Part shown: positions 44,073-54,800 of the stretch, piece by piece
Position numbering within the stretch: the stretch's first letter is position 1
Layout: every line of letters starts with the position of its first letter
Source of the DNA: a virus
Taxonomy: Duplodnaviria; Caudoviricetes
Reading direction: 5' to 3' (one strand)
Virus record (IMG/VR): IMGVR_UViG_3300042691_041259
Span: 64,001-128,000 of that record
Length of the DNA stretch: 64,000 nucleotides
Notes under the pieces: generated by a model
Told to the model about the DNA's origin: nothing
The model's database searches: none
Seen by the model: only the letters and a program-made list of their open reading frames with translations
Program-made: the position numbers and the translations under genes

Positions 44073-44714
44073 TCATTTGGTGTTTAAAGTTTTCTCTAAA
44101 GTTTTTGCTATCCAATACGAATCTACAATATCGTCAACGGGCTTAAGCCAGGCACCTTTCTTTGTCTGAAATTCTGCTGGTGCTGTTCGCAAAGCCTGTG
44201 CAAAAGTAGAATCACAATCTGAATTTATGAACGCCTCGATCATCTGTTCTTTCTTAAAGTTTCCCTTTCCGGCAGTTGCCTTAATGGTCATAGGAGAAAA
44301 GAACCAGAGCTGGTCTGGACTGATTTTGCAGTCCTCAATTAAAAAAGATCGAAGCAACCATTGATACCCACTAATCTGGGCTAAACGGTTTCCGCTTGAC
44401 CCAAAGGAAAATCCTTCAATTGCTATTTGATCTTCCTCGTTAAAAGACCAGGCAGAAAGCATTTTTGAAATGCTACGAGTCTGCATTAAGCCATCCTTAA
44501 TGGAAGATCTTTCACGGTCAGTAAGTTTTGCGGATTTTGGTAGTGATTGCTCATCGGGTAATGCTATTACATTTACACCGTGTTGTTGAAGCGTAAGAAA
44601 AAAGTCTTCCTTGGCTACACTTTGTCTTGCAAATGTATAGAATTTCCATTCACCTGCATCTGTAAGCAGTGTAATGGCAGGAGACTTAATTGAAAAGTCT
44701 ATGCCTGCTATCAT
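44073..44714 (-). CDS. RuvC-like Holliday junction resolvase (phage type)
   Basis: AGIDFSIKSP, IAIEGFSF, KATAGKGN, DDIVDSYWI. Confidence 0.8.
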   Translation of the reverse strand: MIAGIDFSIKSPAITLLTDAGEWKFYTFARQSVAKEDFFLTLQQHGVNVIALPDEQSLPKSAKLTDRERSSIKDGLMQTRSISKMLSAWSFNEEDQIAIEGFSFGSSGNRLAQISGYQWLLRSFLIEDCKISPDQLWFFSPMTIKATAGKGNFKKEQMIEAFINSDCDSTFAQALRTAPAEFQTKKGAWLKPVDDIVDSYWIAKTLEKTLNTK

Positions 44715-45037
44715 TTTCCGATGTTTTTACCTATTGCGGATCCCAAAGCTGTAGAAACCAATCGTGAAGTAAGCATATCATAGAGGATTCCTCTTTCAAC
44801 GCCTAATGCATTTGCAATAATTTTTCCGATTGTTGGACCTACCAAGAAACCTGCTGCGCCTCCGATGATTGATCCCAGGATCCCTTCATCAATGCTTGCA
44901 ACACCGTGTATTTCTACAGCCTCTTGAATTTCTTTGTAGATTCGTTCTGCTTCAGCCTTTTCAGATTCGTTTAGGTAGCTCAGATCCATGCTTTCTTCCA
45001 GCAATTGAACCTTACGTGATTCGTCAAATGTTTTCAT
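44711..45037 (-). CDS. Glycine-zipper hydrophobic protein with leader (MKTFDE..LLEE)
   Basis: IDE|GILGSIIGGAAGFLVGPTIGKIIANALG...TALGSAIG. Confidence 0.65.
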   Translation of the reverse strand: MKTFDESRKVQLLEESMDLSYLNESEKAEAERIYKEIQEAVEIHGVASIDEGILGSIIGGAAGFLVGPTIGKIIANALGVERGILYDMLTSRLVSTALGSAIGKNIGK

Positions 45038-45038
45038 T

Positions 45039-45239
45039 CTATAGCAATTTTTTAAGCTCTTCTAGGAACGGCCCGTAATTACGATCGCCGTAATCATCTT
45101 CCATAATTTTGGCAACAGCCGCAGCAAAGTCTTTATATGACATGCTGTCGTCTATTTTTTCCATTCCGGCTTTTATGTGTTTAACCAAGCTGGAAACGGT
45201 TGAAGATGATTCATTGATAGCCTCGTTGAAAGATTTCAT
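45039..45239 (-). CDS. Small protein with CTS-like leader (MKSFNEAINE)
   Basis: 66 aa; GATATATAG at 45255-45263 upstream. Confidence 0.65.
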   Translation of the reverse strand: MKSFNEAINESSSTVSSLVKHIKAGMEKIDDSMSYKDFAAAVAKIMEDDYGDRNYGPFLEELKKLL

Positions 45240-45261
45240 GCCATTTAATTTTTTCTATATA

Positions 45262-45807
45262 TCACTGAAGCGTTTTGATGATTCTGATGTAGTTATACTT
45301 AAAGCTGGCAGTAAAGTTACGGAATTCCGCGGTATTTGAAGCGTAATTAAGCTCCAATTCTGATATACCTGACATTACTACCTGTTGAAAGTTGATAGCT
45401 ACAAATTCAAAACCTGTATGATCCAAAAATCCCAGATTAAGATCTGGAAGATACTTCTTTTTATTGTCCAGGTCCCAATACGCAAACATTTGGTCAAACA
45501 TAATCCAGTAGTTTATCCAGCCTTCATATGATTTAAATGTTATCGTAAACTGTCGATCCAAATATCGCTCAAATCTTTTACCACCTTTAGCAGTCACCGG
45601 TTCTTCATATAGAAGCTGTTCCACAGTATCGGCAGTAAGCGCGGGAAATGTAACCGACTGGATACTTGCGCTCATATAGTCCTCAATACTTTCATATGGA
45701 ATCGGTAGCCTTTTTAAGTATGTAGTATACTTTTCAGTAACCGTAGGATAGAAAAAGTTCTTAGGAAACCGTACAAGAAAATTGTTGTTTTTGCTATTTA
45801 ATATCAT
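45262..45807 (-). CDS. Tail-tube-fold protein (T4 gp19/gp3-like)
   Basis: SIQSVTFPAL, FTITFKSYEGWINYWIM, ELELNY, FTASFKYN pattern; located in the structural block. Confidence 0.5.
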   Translation of the reverse strand: MILNSKNNNFLVRFPKNFFYPTVTEKYTTYLKRLPIPYESIEDYMSASIQSVTFPALTADTVEQLLYEEPVTAKGGKRFERYLDRQFTITFKSYEGWINYWIMFDQMFAYWDLDNKKKYLPDLNLGFLDHTGFEFVAINFQQVVMSGISELELNYASNTAEFRNFTASFKYNYIRIIKTLQ

Positions 45808-45819
45808 GGTTTGCTTTTA

Positions 45820-48030
45820 TTAGCCTCTAGTATTATCGCCAAGGCCTCCACTTGACGTGTTTGTATTTCCTTTAGTTGTAGGATTGTTAGAAGAGTTAAA
45901 CCCTTTTTCTGGTTCAGCCGGCTTTTCAACATTCGGCATAAGACTCACTTGCGGATTGTCGCCAAACATACTCAATACGTTGCTAATAAACCCTGGTATT
46001 TCTACAATGTTTGGTGTAGGACCGCCATTTGCAGCTTGCTGAATAGCAGTCTGTGTAGCGGCTTGCGCGCTGGTCATTGTAGCTTGCTCCACTTGAGTAA
46101 TTTCTTGCTGCGCTGTTTGTTGAGCATCCAATACGGCATTTGCCACAGAACTTGGAGGTTTACCACCAGTTTCCGTGGTTACAGTAGTTGTATTTCCGCC
46201 ATTCATCTGATTGCTCGCAGAAGCTATATTAGCTGTTGCCTGCGCAAGTGCTTGTTGCTTATCCTTTATTTGCGAATCTAAAGAATCTAGCACACTCTTA
46301 ATATCTTTTGTTTTTCCGTCAGCTTTGTTTTGCAGCGAATCAAATTTCCCTGAATATATCACGGTTTCGGGATTGGTTTGATTGACTATAAAATAGTCTT
46401 TGTCGGTGCTAGCCAAAATCTTTGTTGCAGAAGAAGAATCAATCTTAAATACAACTTCACCCATATTAGGATTGGCAAGATTAATGTCAATATACGCAGG
46501 GATAGATACTTTTATTCCATCCGTAGTGTTAAATGTAAGTGCAACATTACCTATAAAGGAAGACAGATCAAACGATACATTCTGACTCTTATCCGCTGAT
46601 AGCGTAAAGATTTTGAATTTTATCATATTGTCAAACGGGCCTATGTAAATTGTATTAGTCCCTTGTGGATATACCACCTCTCCAAGAGTCGCGCTTAAAT
46701 CTGCCGCGCTACTAATACTAATCATATTGATATCATAGAAAACTGGTGTAACTACGTTCTGAGTTATGATTTCTTTTGGTATAGTCAATCCTGCGATAGA
46801 TGCGTTATCCGATGAAGACATTTGTACAATCTTATTGTATACTTTCACAGGAGTAAACCCTTGTAAAACATTGATCTTCTCTAGTTGCTTTCCGTACTTC
46901 TTTACATTGGTAGAAGTATAAGAAGCTTTTCGAACAATTTCTGTGTTGTCTACTCTATTGAAAAATCTCATAGTGTAGTCAATGGTATAAGAAAATGCTA
47001 GTGATGAGTTCATAATTACCGGGCGGTAGATCATAGGTTGATCAAAGTTTCCGTCTTGTAGCATTGTCATATTAGCAGATCTTACCTGTCCAGTCCCAAT
47101 CTGCTCGTAGAGTTCTATTTGGTTAATTACTACCCAGTCACCACCTACGGAATTTAAGTCATTGATATAGACTTCCAAGAAAGCGCCATTCCATGTAGGG
47201 TAGTACTCAATATAATCATTGAATTCGTCTTCCTTAATTACCAAACCTAGCTGTGAATAGTTATCCGCTGAGTTAAACACCGCGTTGTAAGAATTTCCAG
47301 TGTACAAATACAGATTGCCGTTTAGAGTTTCCGTGTAGTCAACTTCAAACAGGTGTGCGGTGATTTGTGAATTTTGTTGGAATCCTACATTATTAAATGT
47401 GTAATTGTAACCAATAGTGTTGGTAGCAGTCGGGCTATTCCAAAAGTCTTGTTGTACTGTGTATAGTGAAGGAACCTTTACGTCAATGTATCGGTCATAC
47501 AGGCGGTCTCCTAAAAACAGAGGATTTGAATTAAACTCTATTTGCTCCTGTCCTTTAAGATATACATAATTGCATGCGTCAAACAGACGGTTTTGAGTAG
47601 AACTATTTAAAGTCCATTCTTTCCATTGCAGTTGTAAGATTATACCGTCTAACCCAGGAAAATCAAAGCCTGATAGTATGTGTAACCTTGCAGTATCATA
47701 ACGGCCAGCTAATGTAGAAAGATTAGGAGTCTCAGTTTCAACTACAAAATTTGAATTTGTAAGATAGATTGGAACTGCCGTATCAATATCAAAATATGCC
47801 CACTTATTAAGCAGTGGACCCATTCTTCCAGCCGAGCGGTCCAACACGTTTCCTGTCAGTTTTACTGAAGGATTAGTATTAAGGAACTGATAGGTTCCCA
47901 TGTACTTATTTTCCAGTCGAAGAGCGCCGGCGCTACCGGCCGCTCCTGAAATTGGAATAAGCTCGTTATTGTATTGATATTCAAGAAGAGCGTACCTGCT
48001 AATCTGTATGTATGCGGAAGTTCCTGACAT
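45820..48030 (-). CDS. Putative virion structural protein
   Basis: 736 aa; beta-rich N/Y/T-rich body, coiled coil and low-complexity Q/A/T/G tail. Confidence 0.55.
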   Translation of the reverse strand: MSGTSAYIQISRYALLEYQYNNELIPISGAAGSAGALRLENKYMGTYQFLNTNPSVKLTGNVLDRSAGRMGPLLNKWAYFDIDTAVPIYLTNSNFVVETETPNLSTLAGRYDTARLHILSGFDFPGLDGIILQLQWKEWTLNSSTQNRLFDACNYVYLKGQEQIEFNSNPLFLGDRLYDRYIDVKVPSLYTVQQDFWNSPTATNTIGYNYTFNNVGFQQNSQITAHLFEVDYTETLNGNLYLYTGNSYNAVFNSADNYSQLGLVIKEDEFNDYIEYYPTWNGAFLEVYINDLNSVGGDWVVINQIELYEQIGTGQVRSANMTMLQDGNFDQPMIYRPVIMNSSLAFSYTIDYTMRFFNRVDNTEIVRKASYTSTNVKKYGKQLEKINVLQGFTPVKVYNKIVQMSSSDNASIAGLTIPKEIITQNVVTPVFYDINMISISSAADLSATLGEVVYPQGTNTIYIGPFDNMIKFKIFTLSADKSQNVSFDLSSFIGNVALTFNTTDGIKVSIPAYIDINLANPNMGEVVFKIDSSSATKILASTDKDYFIVNQTNPETVIYSGKFDSLQNKADGKTKDIKSVLDSLDSQIKDKQQALAQATANIASASNQMNGGNTTTVTTETGGKPPSSVANAVLDAQQTAQQEITQVEQATMTSAQAATQTAIQQAANGGPTPNIVEIPGFISNVLSMFGDNPQVSLMPNVEKPAEPEKGFNSSNNPTTKGNTNTSSGGLGDNTRG

Positions 48031-48039
48031 TCTACTTAT

Positions 48040-48831
48040 TTATTTTACTCGATAGTTTATACCAAACGTTACTCCGATACCAACATAAACCGATGGCCCG
48101 GCAGATCCAAATCCATATGAAATGTTAGGTCCTACAGTTGCTCCAAGCCCCCACTTTTTTGGAGAACCAAAAAGCGGATTATTTTTTCCAGGGATTATTG
48201 CGCCTTCAATATCGCTAACACCAAAATTAGGATGATCGCTTTTTACAAAGATCTTGTAATCATCTCCTTCTTTTGTAAGCCCGGTTACAATCTTAAAACC
48301 ATTAACATCCTTTGTAATGTCGGTTAGCCCTGGAACCACTGTGCTGTCATTTAGCAAAGTGAGTCGTGTAAACCCTTCAAGCTGTTTGAAGTTTCCAGAA
48401 GAATACATTGTGTCCATTCCCCAAGAGAGTTTGTAATTCTTAGGCCACGGGCTTTCTACAATAGTGATATCCTGATTGTCAGGAATTTGCTCTAACAGTG
48501 TTCTTAATCCGCGATTTTGCGACTTTAATGAAGCATTAGTAGAAGTGAGTTGTAACACATTACCTTTTTGCTTTGCCACTTCTGCTGCAAGTTCCGCATT
48601 AAGTTTTTCCAACTCTTTTTTGGTAGCAATAAGGGTAAGCTTCTCAGTTTGGATTTCGCCAGCACGATTTTTGGTCTCACGAATAGTATCTAAAAGAGCC
48701 TTTTCATTTTGCTGATGTCTTTCAACTTGACTTTTTAAGTCCGTGGAAGATCCGCACTCTTTTAACAGCAATATCAGTAATATGATGATTGCCGCAAAAA
48801 GAACTGTATTTGTGTTAAGTTTAAATTTCAT
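48040..48831 (-). CDS. Membrane-anchored coiled-coil protein, possible spanin
   Basis: N-terminal hydrophobic helix followed by Cys (LLLKEC), long coiled coil, C-terminal amphipathic beta-hairpin WGLGATVG...YVGIGVTFGINY. Confidence 0.5.
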   Translation of the reverse strand: MKFKLNTNTVLFAAIIILLILLLKECGSSTDLKSQVERHQQNEKALLDTIRETKNRAGEIQTEKLTLIATKKELEKLNAELAAEVAKQKGNVLQLTSTNASLKSQNRGLRTLLEQIPDNQDITIVESPWPKNYKLSWGMDTMYSSGNFKQLEGFTRLTLLNDSTVVPGLTDITKDVNGFKIVTGLTKEGDDYKIFVKSDHPNFGVSDIEGAIIPGKNNPLFGSPKKWGLGATVGPNISYGFGSAGPSVYVGIGVTFGINYRVK

Positions 48832-51800
48832 TAGAAACTTGATCTTGCGTATGATTTTCTGTACTGAACAATATTTTGACCACGTAAAGTAATACTTCCA
48901 AAAGGAGCATACGGATACACAAACTCTTGTCCATTATCTAGAGTGGTAGCATTTGTGTTAAACCAAAATCGGGTTTCTGCATTTATTTTATTTTCTATCA
49001 AAGTTTGATAAGCCCCATTAGTCAAGTCAAATACGTCTAGGGTTATATCTCTGTCCCAATCTGACCATTTATATTCGGAATCTGCAGGAACAGGTCTTCC
49101 ACCTGCTCCATTATTACCCGCAACATACTGGTCCCAATCGCCACTCGACGAGCTTATTGGATTCCTTTTTGCTCCTGATAGAAAAATAGGTTTATCGAAC
49201 ATGATTTCGATAGCTATAGAATTAAATTGTTGACCGCTTGAAACTGTTGAACCTATTTCGTCGGCATATTGCGGAGTTATTCTCCACTGAAAATTAACAT
49301 TTCTATTCCAGGCGTCTTCTCCAAAAGATCTCCAGACTATTGCATCAAAATATTGAGGTACTGTTACAAGAACAGTATGAGCATCAAACGCTGGATCAAT
49401 TGTACCCACGTATTGAAGCCAGTTTTTCATTAAGAATTTATAGCCATTTACATTTGCTAAGCTTTTCTTGAAATATTGATCGTAAACAAGACCAATTCTT
49501 GTATCAGGGAAATACGTCCCTGGAGCAGAGGCCGCAGTCTGCCACGGGTTTGCTCCAAAAAGACCCACTTTAGCTGAACCAGCGTCTTGCGAATCCGGAT
49601 CAACGCCGTCAGGAAACGCATTGGGAGTAACTGCCATAGCTACGTTCCAATCTTGAATTTGTTGGGTCCATTCTGCCATGCTAAAAGGCCTTAATAATGG
49701 ATCAGCTTGATATGTGCTCCAGTACCAATCAGTAAATCTGCCCGTCCATGTTTTTGAAACTAATGGAATGGCATCTTTATTATAGATAACATTACTGCCT
49801 TCTCCGGATCGATTGTACGGAGACCCGTCCCAATTGGGTGTGCTATACGCAGTTCCGATAACATTATTGTTATCCCAATGGTTTCTTTCTGAATACGGAA
49901 GAGGATCTCCCGCGTCGCTCAGATAATCCGATCCCACAACGGCAGTTCCCGGGTACCATGCTCTAAATTCAGACCAGTTACCGAAATTGGCTCCGCCACC
50001 AAATTGTCTTTCATAAAAATATGGATCTATTTGGTTAGGCAATCCGTCAAAATCATTGTCCAATGATATATCGTAAGTAAATCGAATATACTGCACCCAT
50101 CGTGCATCAATCCCAATCCAATTTCCACCAACGACTTGATCGCCGTCTCCATCGGGATTAAATGCTTGTAAGGCTTGACCGTAAGTACCCGCGGCGTAAG
50201 GACTATGTACATAGTATTCATAGTTGCTGCCAGCGCCATCAGTGCCTATGATTCCGGAGAGCGGAAGAGTCTCCGCGCCATTATTGAATGTAACAGTTCG
50301 AGGCTCGAGAGTTATATTGAAATCAAAGAGAACGTAATTCTCATTAAGTCTTCTATATCTTATTCCGCTTGACCAGTTTGTATTGATAAAATCTTCATTA
50401 AACTGTGTTCCGTTTTCATTAACAAAGTTTGATATGTCATCTCCATTGTAACTTTTAATTCCCCAATACAAATCAAGGTCTCGCGTAACCTCCGCCCATA
50501 CGCTTTGTGTTGGGTCAAGCGGGTTAATTCCATAAATTCCGCTTTCAATACCCCATTGATGAGGATACACAGGACTTCCTGGAAGCTTTACATATTGAAT
50601 TGGCAGCATTTCGTACGAAAACTGATCTGCCGTATTTTGTTGATTAAATCGATACACGCCTGCAGTTGCTTGGGAAAACAAACCTACTTTTTGAACTTCG
50701 TATGCAGTGACTCGATCAACACGCAGTCTTTGAGGATTGCCACCGCTAGGAGTAGGATATAAATTTGCAAGACCTGGCTGGTCCTGTTCACGGTTACCCA
50801 TGTGATCGGTAACTACCAAGAATGTTCCTCCAGTATTGTCTGCTTTTGGTATGGTATAAGTTCTTAAAGAAGCGTCAGTTTGCGCAGAATCAATAACAGT
50901 AGTGACTTTCATTAGAGGAGCAAGCCCTGCGTTAATCAGGTTTGTAATCTCTCCGGAAGTTAGTCCTGAAGCAGCGCTTTCCATTGTCATGTAGTCCGGC
51001 GCACCAAAAGTTAAAAGTAGTTTTGGTGAAGCAGTACGAGCTGTATAAATTTCTTGAGTTGCTGCAGAAGATGCATCCACCACAGTGGTTATATCTGTTG
51101 AATCCCCATTGCTTCTTATGAATTCATAGCCATCTCCAAGAACAAAGTTATTAAGTCGAACTACTGCGCTGCTAAGAGGTTCTCTTCTAAAAGTTGCTGT
51201 TGCAATAGTAGTTCCTGCATTGTAAATCAAAGAGCCAAGTATTGCTGCTGAAGCGGATGTAGGAATCCATATTTCAGCAAATGGATCAAGAACGCTGCCA
51301 TTTACTTCGCGAGTGTAACTAAATGTACCATTTGCCCAAAAATACGGATAGCCATTTGTAAGCGTATTGTATGACGGTTGATATAAACCAGTTGAACTAA
51401 ATTCCGTAGGATGCGGCAAAGTAACCTTTGGGCAATATTGTAATATGTCATCTCCATCTGTCCAGCCTCCTAGGAAATTAGCCGTGTAACTCATTATTCT
51501 ACCCAAGTTATCAAAGGTAAACGTGTGTACTGCCAACGACCAAAGAGCTTCAGTAGGAGTTCCGTCTATTCCAAAATAACGTTTTGCCCATGTAGCATTT
51601 GCATCATCGGTAATTGTAATAACACCACCCGTTCCAGAAGGTGTGCCTCCAGTACTAAGAAAAAATCCAGGATAACCATATCCTCTGCTTTCTATATGGT
51701 GGCCAATTCTAGACTGCGCTTTTTCTGCCGCAACCTCCAATCGAATGTTTTCAGAAAGAGTAGCTTGCGAATTGATCTGCGCTATTTGTCGAGGAGTCGC

Positions 51801-54800
51801 ATATGTTGGACCATAAGAAGCGTTTGCGTATCCGTAATAATCGGTTGTTCCTGGAACCCACACGCCTGATGGATTTGAAGAATATGACAGAGGCCCAGTT
51901 GCTGTCGGATTTTCTCCAGAAACTGCTGGATATGCATTTCCTAAGTAGTTAATATATCCTGTTGTTGGATCTCTATACAGCGCTGGGTATGCATTTTCAT
52001 CTAAACCGGGCGCATTTCCAATACCAATGTTTCCATCAGAATCAAATAGGATCTTTATGCTATTTACAATTTCACGTTGACCAATCCCCTGTTGTTCCCA
52101 TCGAGCATAATCAGATCCTCCGTCCCTGCCAGCTGCAATAAATGCAAAGCCAAGACGTCCTTCATCATCTGCCAATATGGCAGCGCCTCCATTTGCATCA
52201 TACGGTCTATTGTAAAGACCATCAATATTTACATCTCCGGTAGAATCAGGAAGACCTTGAGCACCGGTTCTCCAAACTGACGCGTATTGATCGTTTGCAA
52301 CCCCATCCACTCCTATGTTATCCAAACCCGCGTCCTGCCCTGCAGAATCGCCCTTTCCAAGAAGGTCTCGATAGAGATTAAAGCCAATATACTTATTAGG
52401 ATTAAAGTACGCGTTATACGCGCCTCCGTGAACCGCAGCAATTGCGTTAGATGTTGTTCCAGGTGTGTTTATAGCAAGCGCTAGATTAGAACCATTTGTG
52501 GTTGGATTAAAAGTTGCAAGTGTTGGCCCAGATGCGCTTGCTGCTTCTCGTGTTGGATAGTTCTTTACGTTTGCCGACCATGGAGTATAGGCCACTGCAG
52601 GAGATGAAAGTGTCACACCGTAATCGTATGCATAATCAAAAATTGCTGCATTGTATTTGTAAGCTTCACCTATGTAATCTATTGAAATTTGGAAATTGCT
52701 AGGCAGCGGGTAGTCTTCACCTACTGCAGGCAGAGCATTTAATCCGTCAACAGTACCTGGAGTAGCTGCTTCATCAAACATAAATGCCTTGTATCCATTT
52801 TTTCCAAAGAAATGGGATCGAGTTCTTGGATACAGAGTATGCATTCCAATCCCTGATAATGCGGCATAACCTACGTATTTGTCTGTTGTTTGATCAACCG
52901 AAAGAGGTGAAATGGATAATGAAAATTCAATTGACTGATAGTTTGCATCCACACCAATTTCTTGTGGCGGATTAGCAGCTCCTGAAACGCTACCGCCTCC
53001 CACTGGAGACGCCCCAAGACGAAGAGCTCCTTTGTGCAGCCAACCTCCATTTCTAGAAGGATTGTAATGATCTACCGGAGTACCAAATCTTCCTCCAAAA
53101 TTTTCTAAATAGCCATTAGCAAAAGTAGGAGTTCGTGAGTCTGATCTATAAACCAGCGCCTCATATCTTATTGCTGCTGCTGATTTTACGCTTGTAGTGA
53201 TACCGATGACTTGCGGTTCTGAAGCTGGCGGATTGACAGCTCCAAAGAGCACGTCATTAAACACACCGCCGTTGTACCAATCACTAAAAGTATTAGGGGC
53301 CGTTTGATACAGTGGGTTATCAGAGTATGGGCCGGTTGCATTAGAATCGTATATCAGTCCAGGCTGTGCTCTTTCAATTGTAAATGCAGCAGCCTTCATT
53401 CTTCTACGTGGAAGCCAAGTAGTGTATGATAACCAAGATTTATCTTCATCGGTATATGGTCCCGATTCAAGAGCCTCCACATAATTAGTGATAGTTTCTT
53501 GAGCTTCATTTTCTGGTCTCCAGTCGGCGTGAACGTGCAACCTTGCACTTGGTTCAAATACTCCAACCCTATCCATAGTAACGGTTCCAATACCGGTATT
53601 TCTCAAAGGCGAAAAATACGCAATAGGCAAACTCTGTAAGATGTTGTTATCAGCTGCCGTATCATAATTGGTAGGGCCGGTTGGCATATTTGAAGTGTAG
53701 ATAAGTACGCCATCGGTGGAAACGCTTGCAGGTATTACGCCAGCTCCAGCCTTTCCTCGAACCATTACCCCGGCAGAACGAACAAGTTCTTGCGTAGATG
53801 TAACATCTGCGTCAGACGCGTCAGGCAATTCAGCGTATATAGAAGTTCCATACCATGATTGACGGTTATTGTATACCCAATTGTCGTAGCCGGTATAAGT
53901 TTGCTGGTTTCCTGAGATTGCACCGTCAATCATCATCTGCCCAGTAAACATTGAATGGTAGCCTTGATATACCTTCCATGCGTAATCAGTATTCCACTCC
54001 ATAATAGTGGTTCCGGTTCGCAAATCAAATGGCGCGTACGCAGCAACTGTTGGATCGTTTTCAAGAGATGTAAACGATTCAGTGTCTTGCGGCATCATAT
54101 TCATAAATTGGTTTGATGTCATAAACCTTCTAACATCAAACAGCATCTCACCAGTATTTGTGGATCCTGTTAAATTTCCACCAAGATTAAAAAAGTCATC
54201 TATTCCATCACGAGTGGTAAAATTATGAATCTTTATGCTACCTGCTGTACCATCTGCTGGAGAAAGTTGATAGTAACCTAAAGTGGTACTTGAATCTACA
54301 GCGGTTCCTGTATAGCCTCTGTTAGTAAAAAATACAATTGGCGAGTATGCGTCAATTGAAACATTATAAAGAGGCTGTACAAATAAATTTTGATTTGCTC
54401 CAGGGCTTAGAGGAGACGGACCGCTGAGCGGCACCGGGTTTCCACCTACCGTATACGGTGCATAAATTATATCTCCCGAGTCAGTGGTTCTAAATCCACG
54501 CGCTTTCATATTGTCAAAATAGCGCGGACCATCAATGCTCATCTTAAACAGGGAGCGGTCTATACCCGAGTTTAATCTTGGGCTATTAAGATAGTCCCAG
54601 TCGTAAATTAGGCCAGTTTCGTTATCCGAAGTGGATCCGCCGTCTTCGTCATATGAAGTTATCCACACTGTTCCAAATTTGGAAGACATGCGTGCATTTG
54701 GAATATCAAAAGGTGCTTGCGTTAGCGGATCTGGCGGGCCAGGAGGGCTATTATATGCGCTTGACGCAATTAAACCCAGATAGTTTGTTCGATCTGATAC

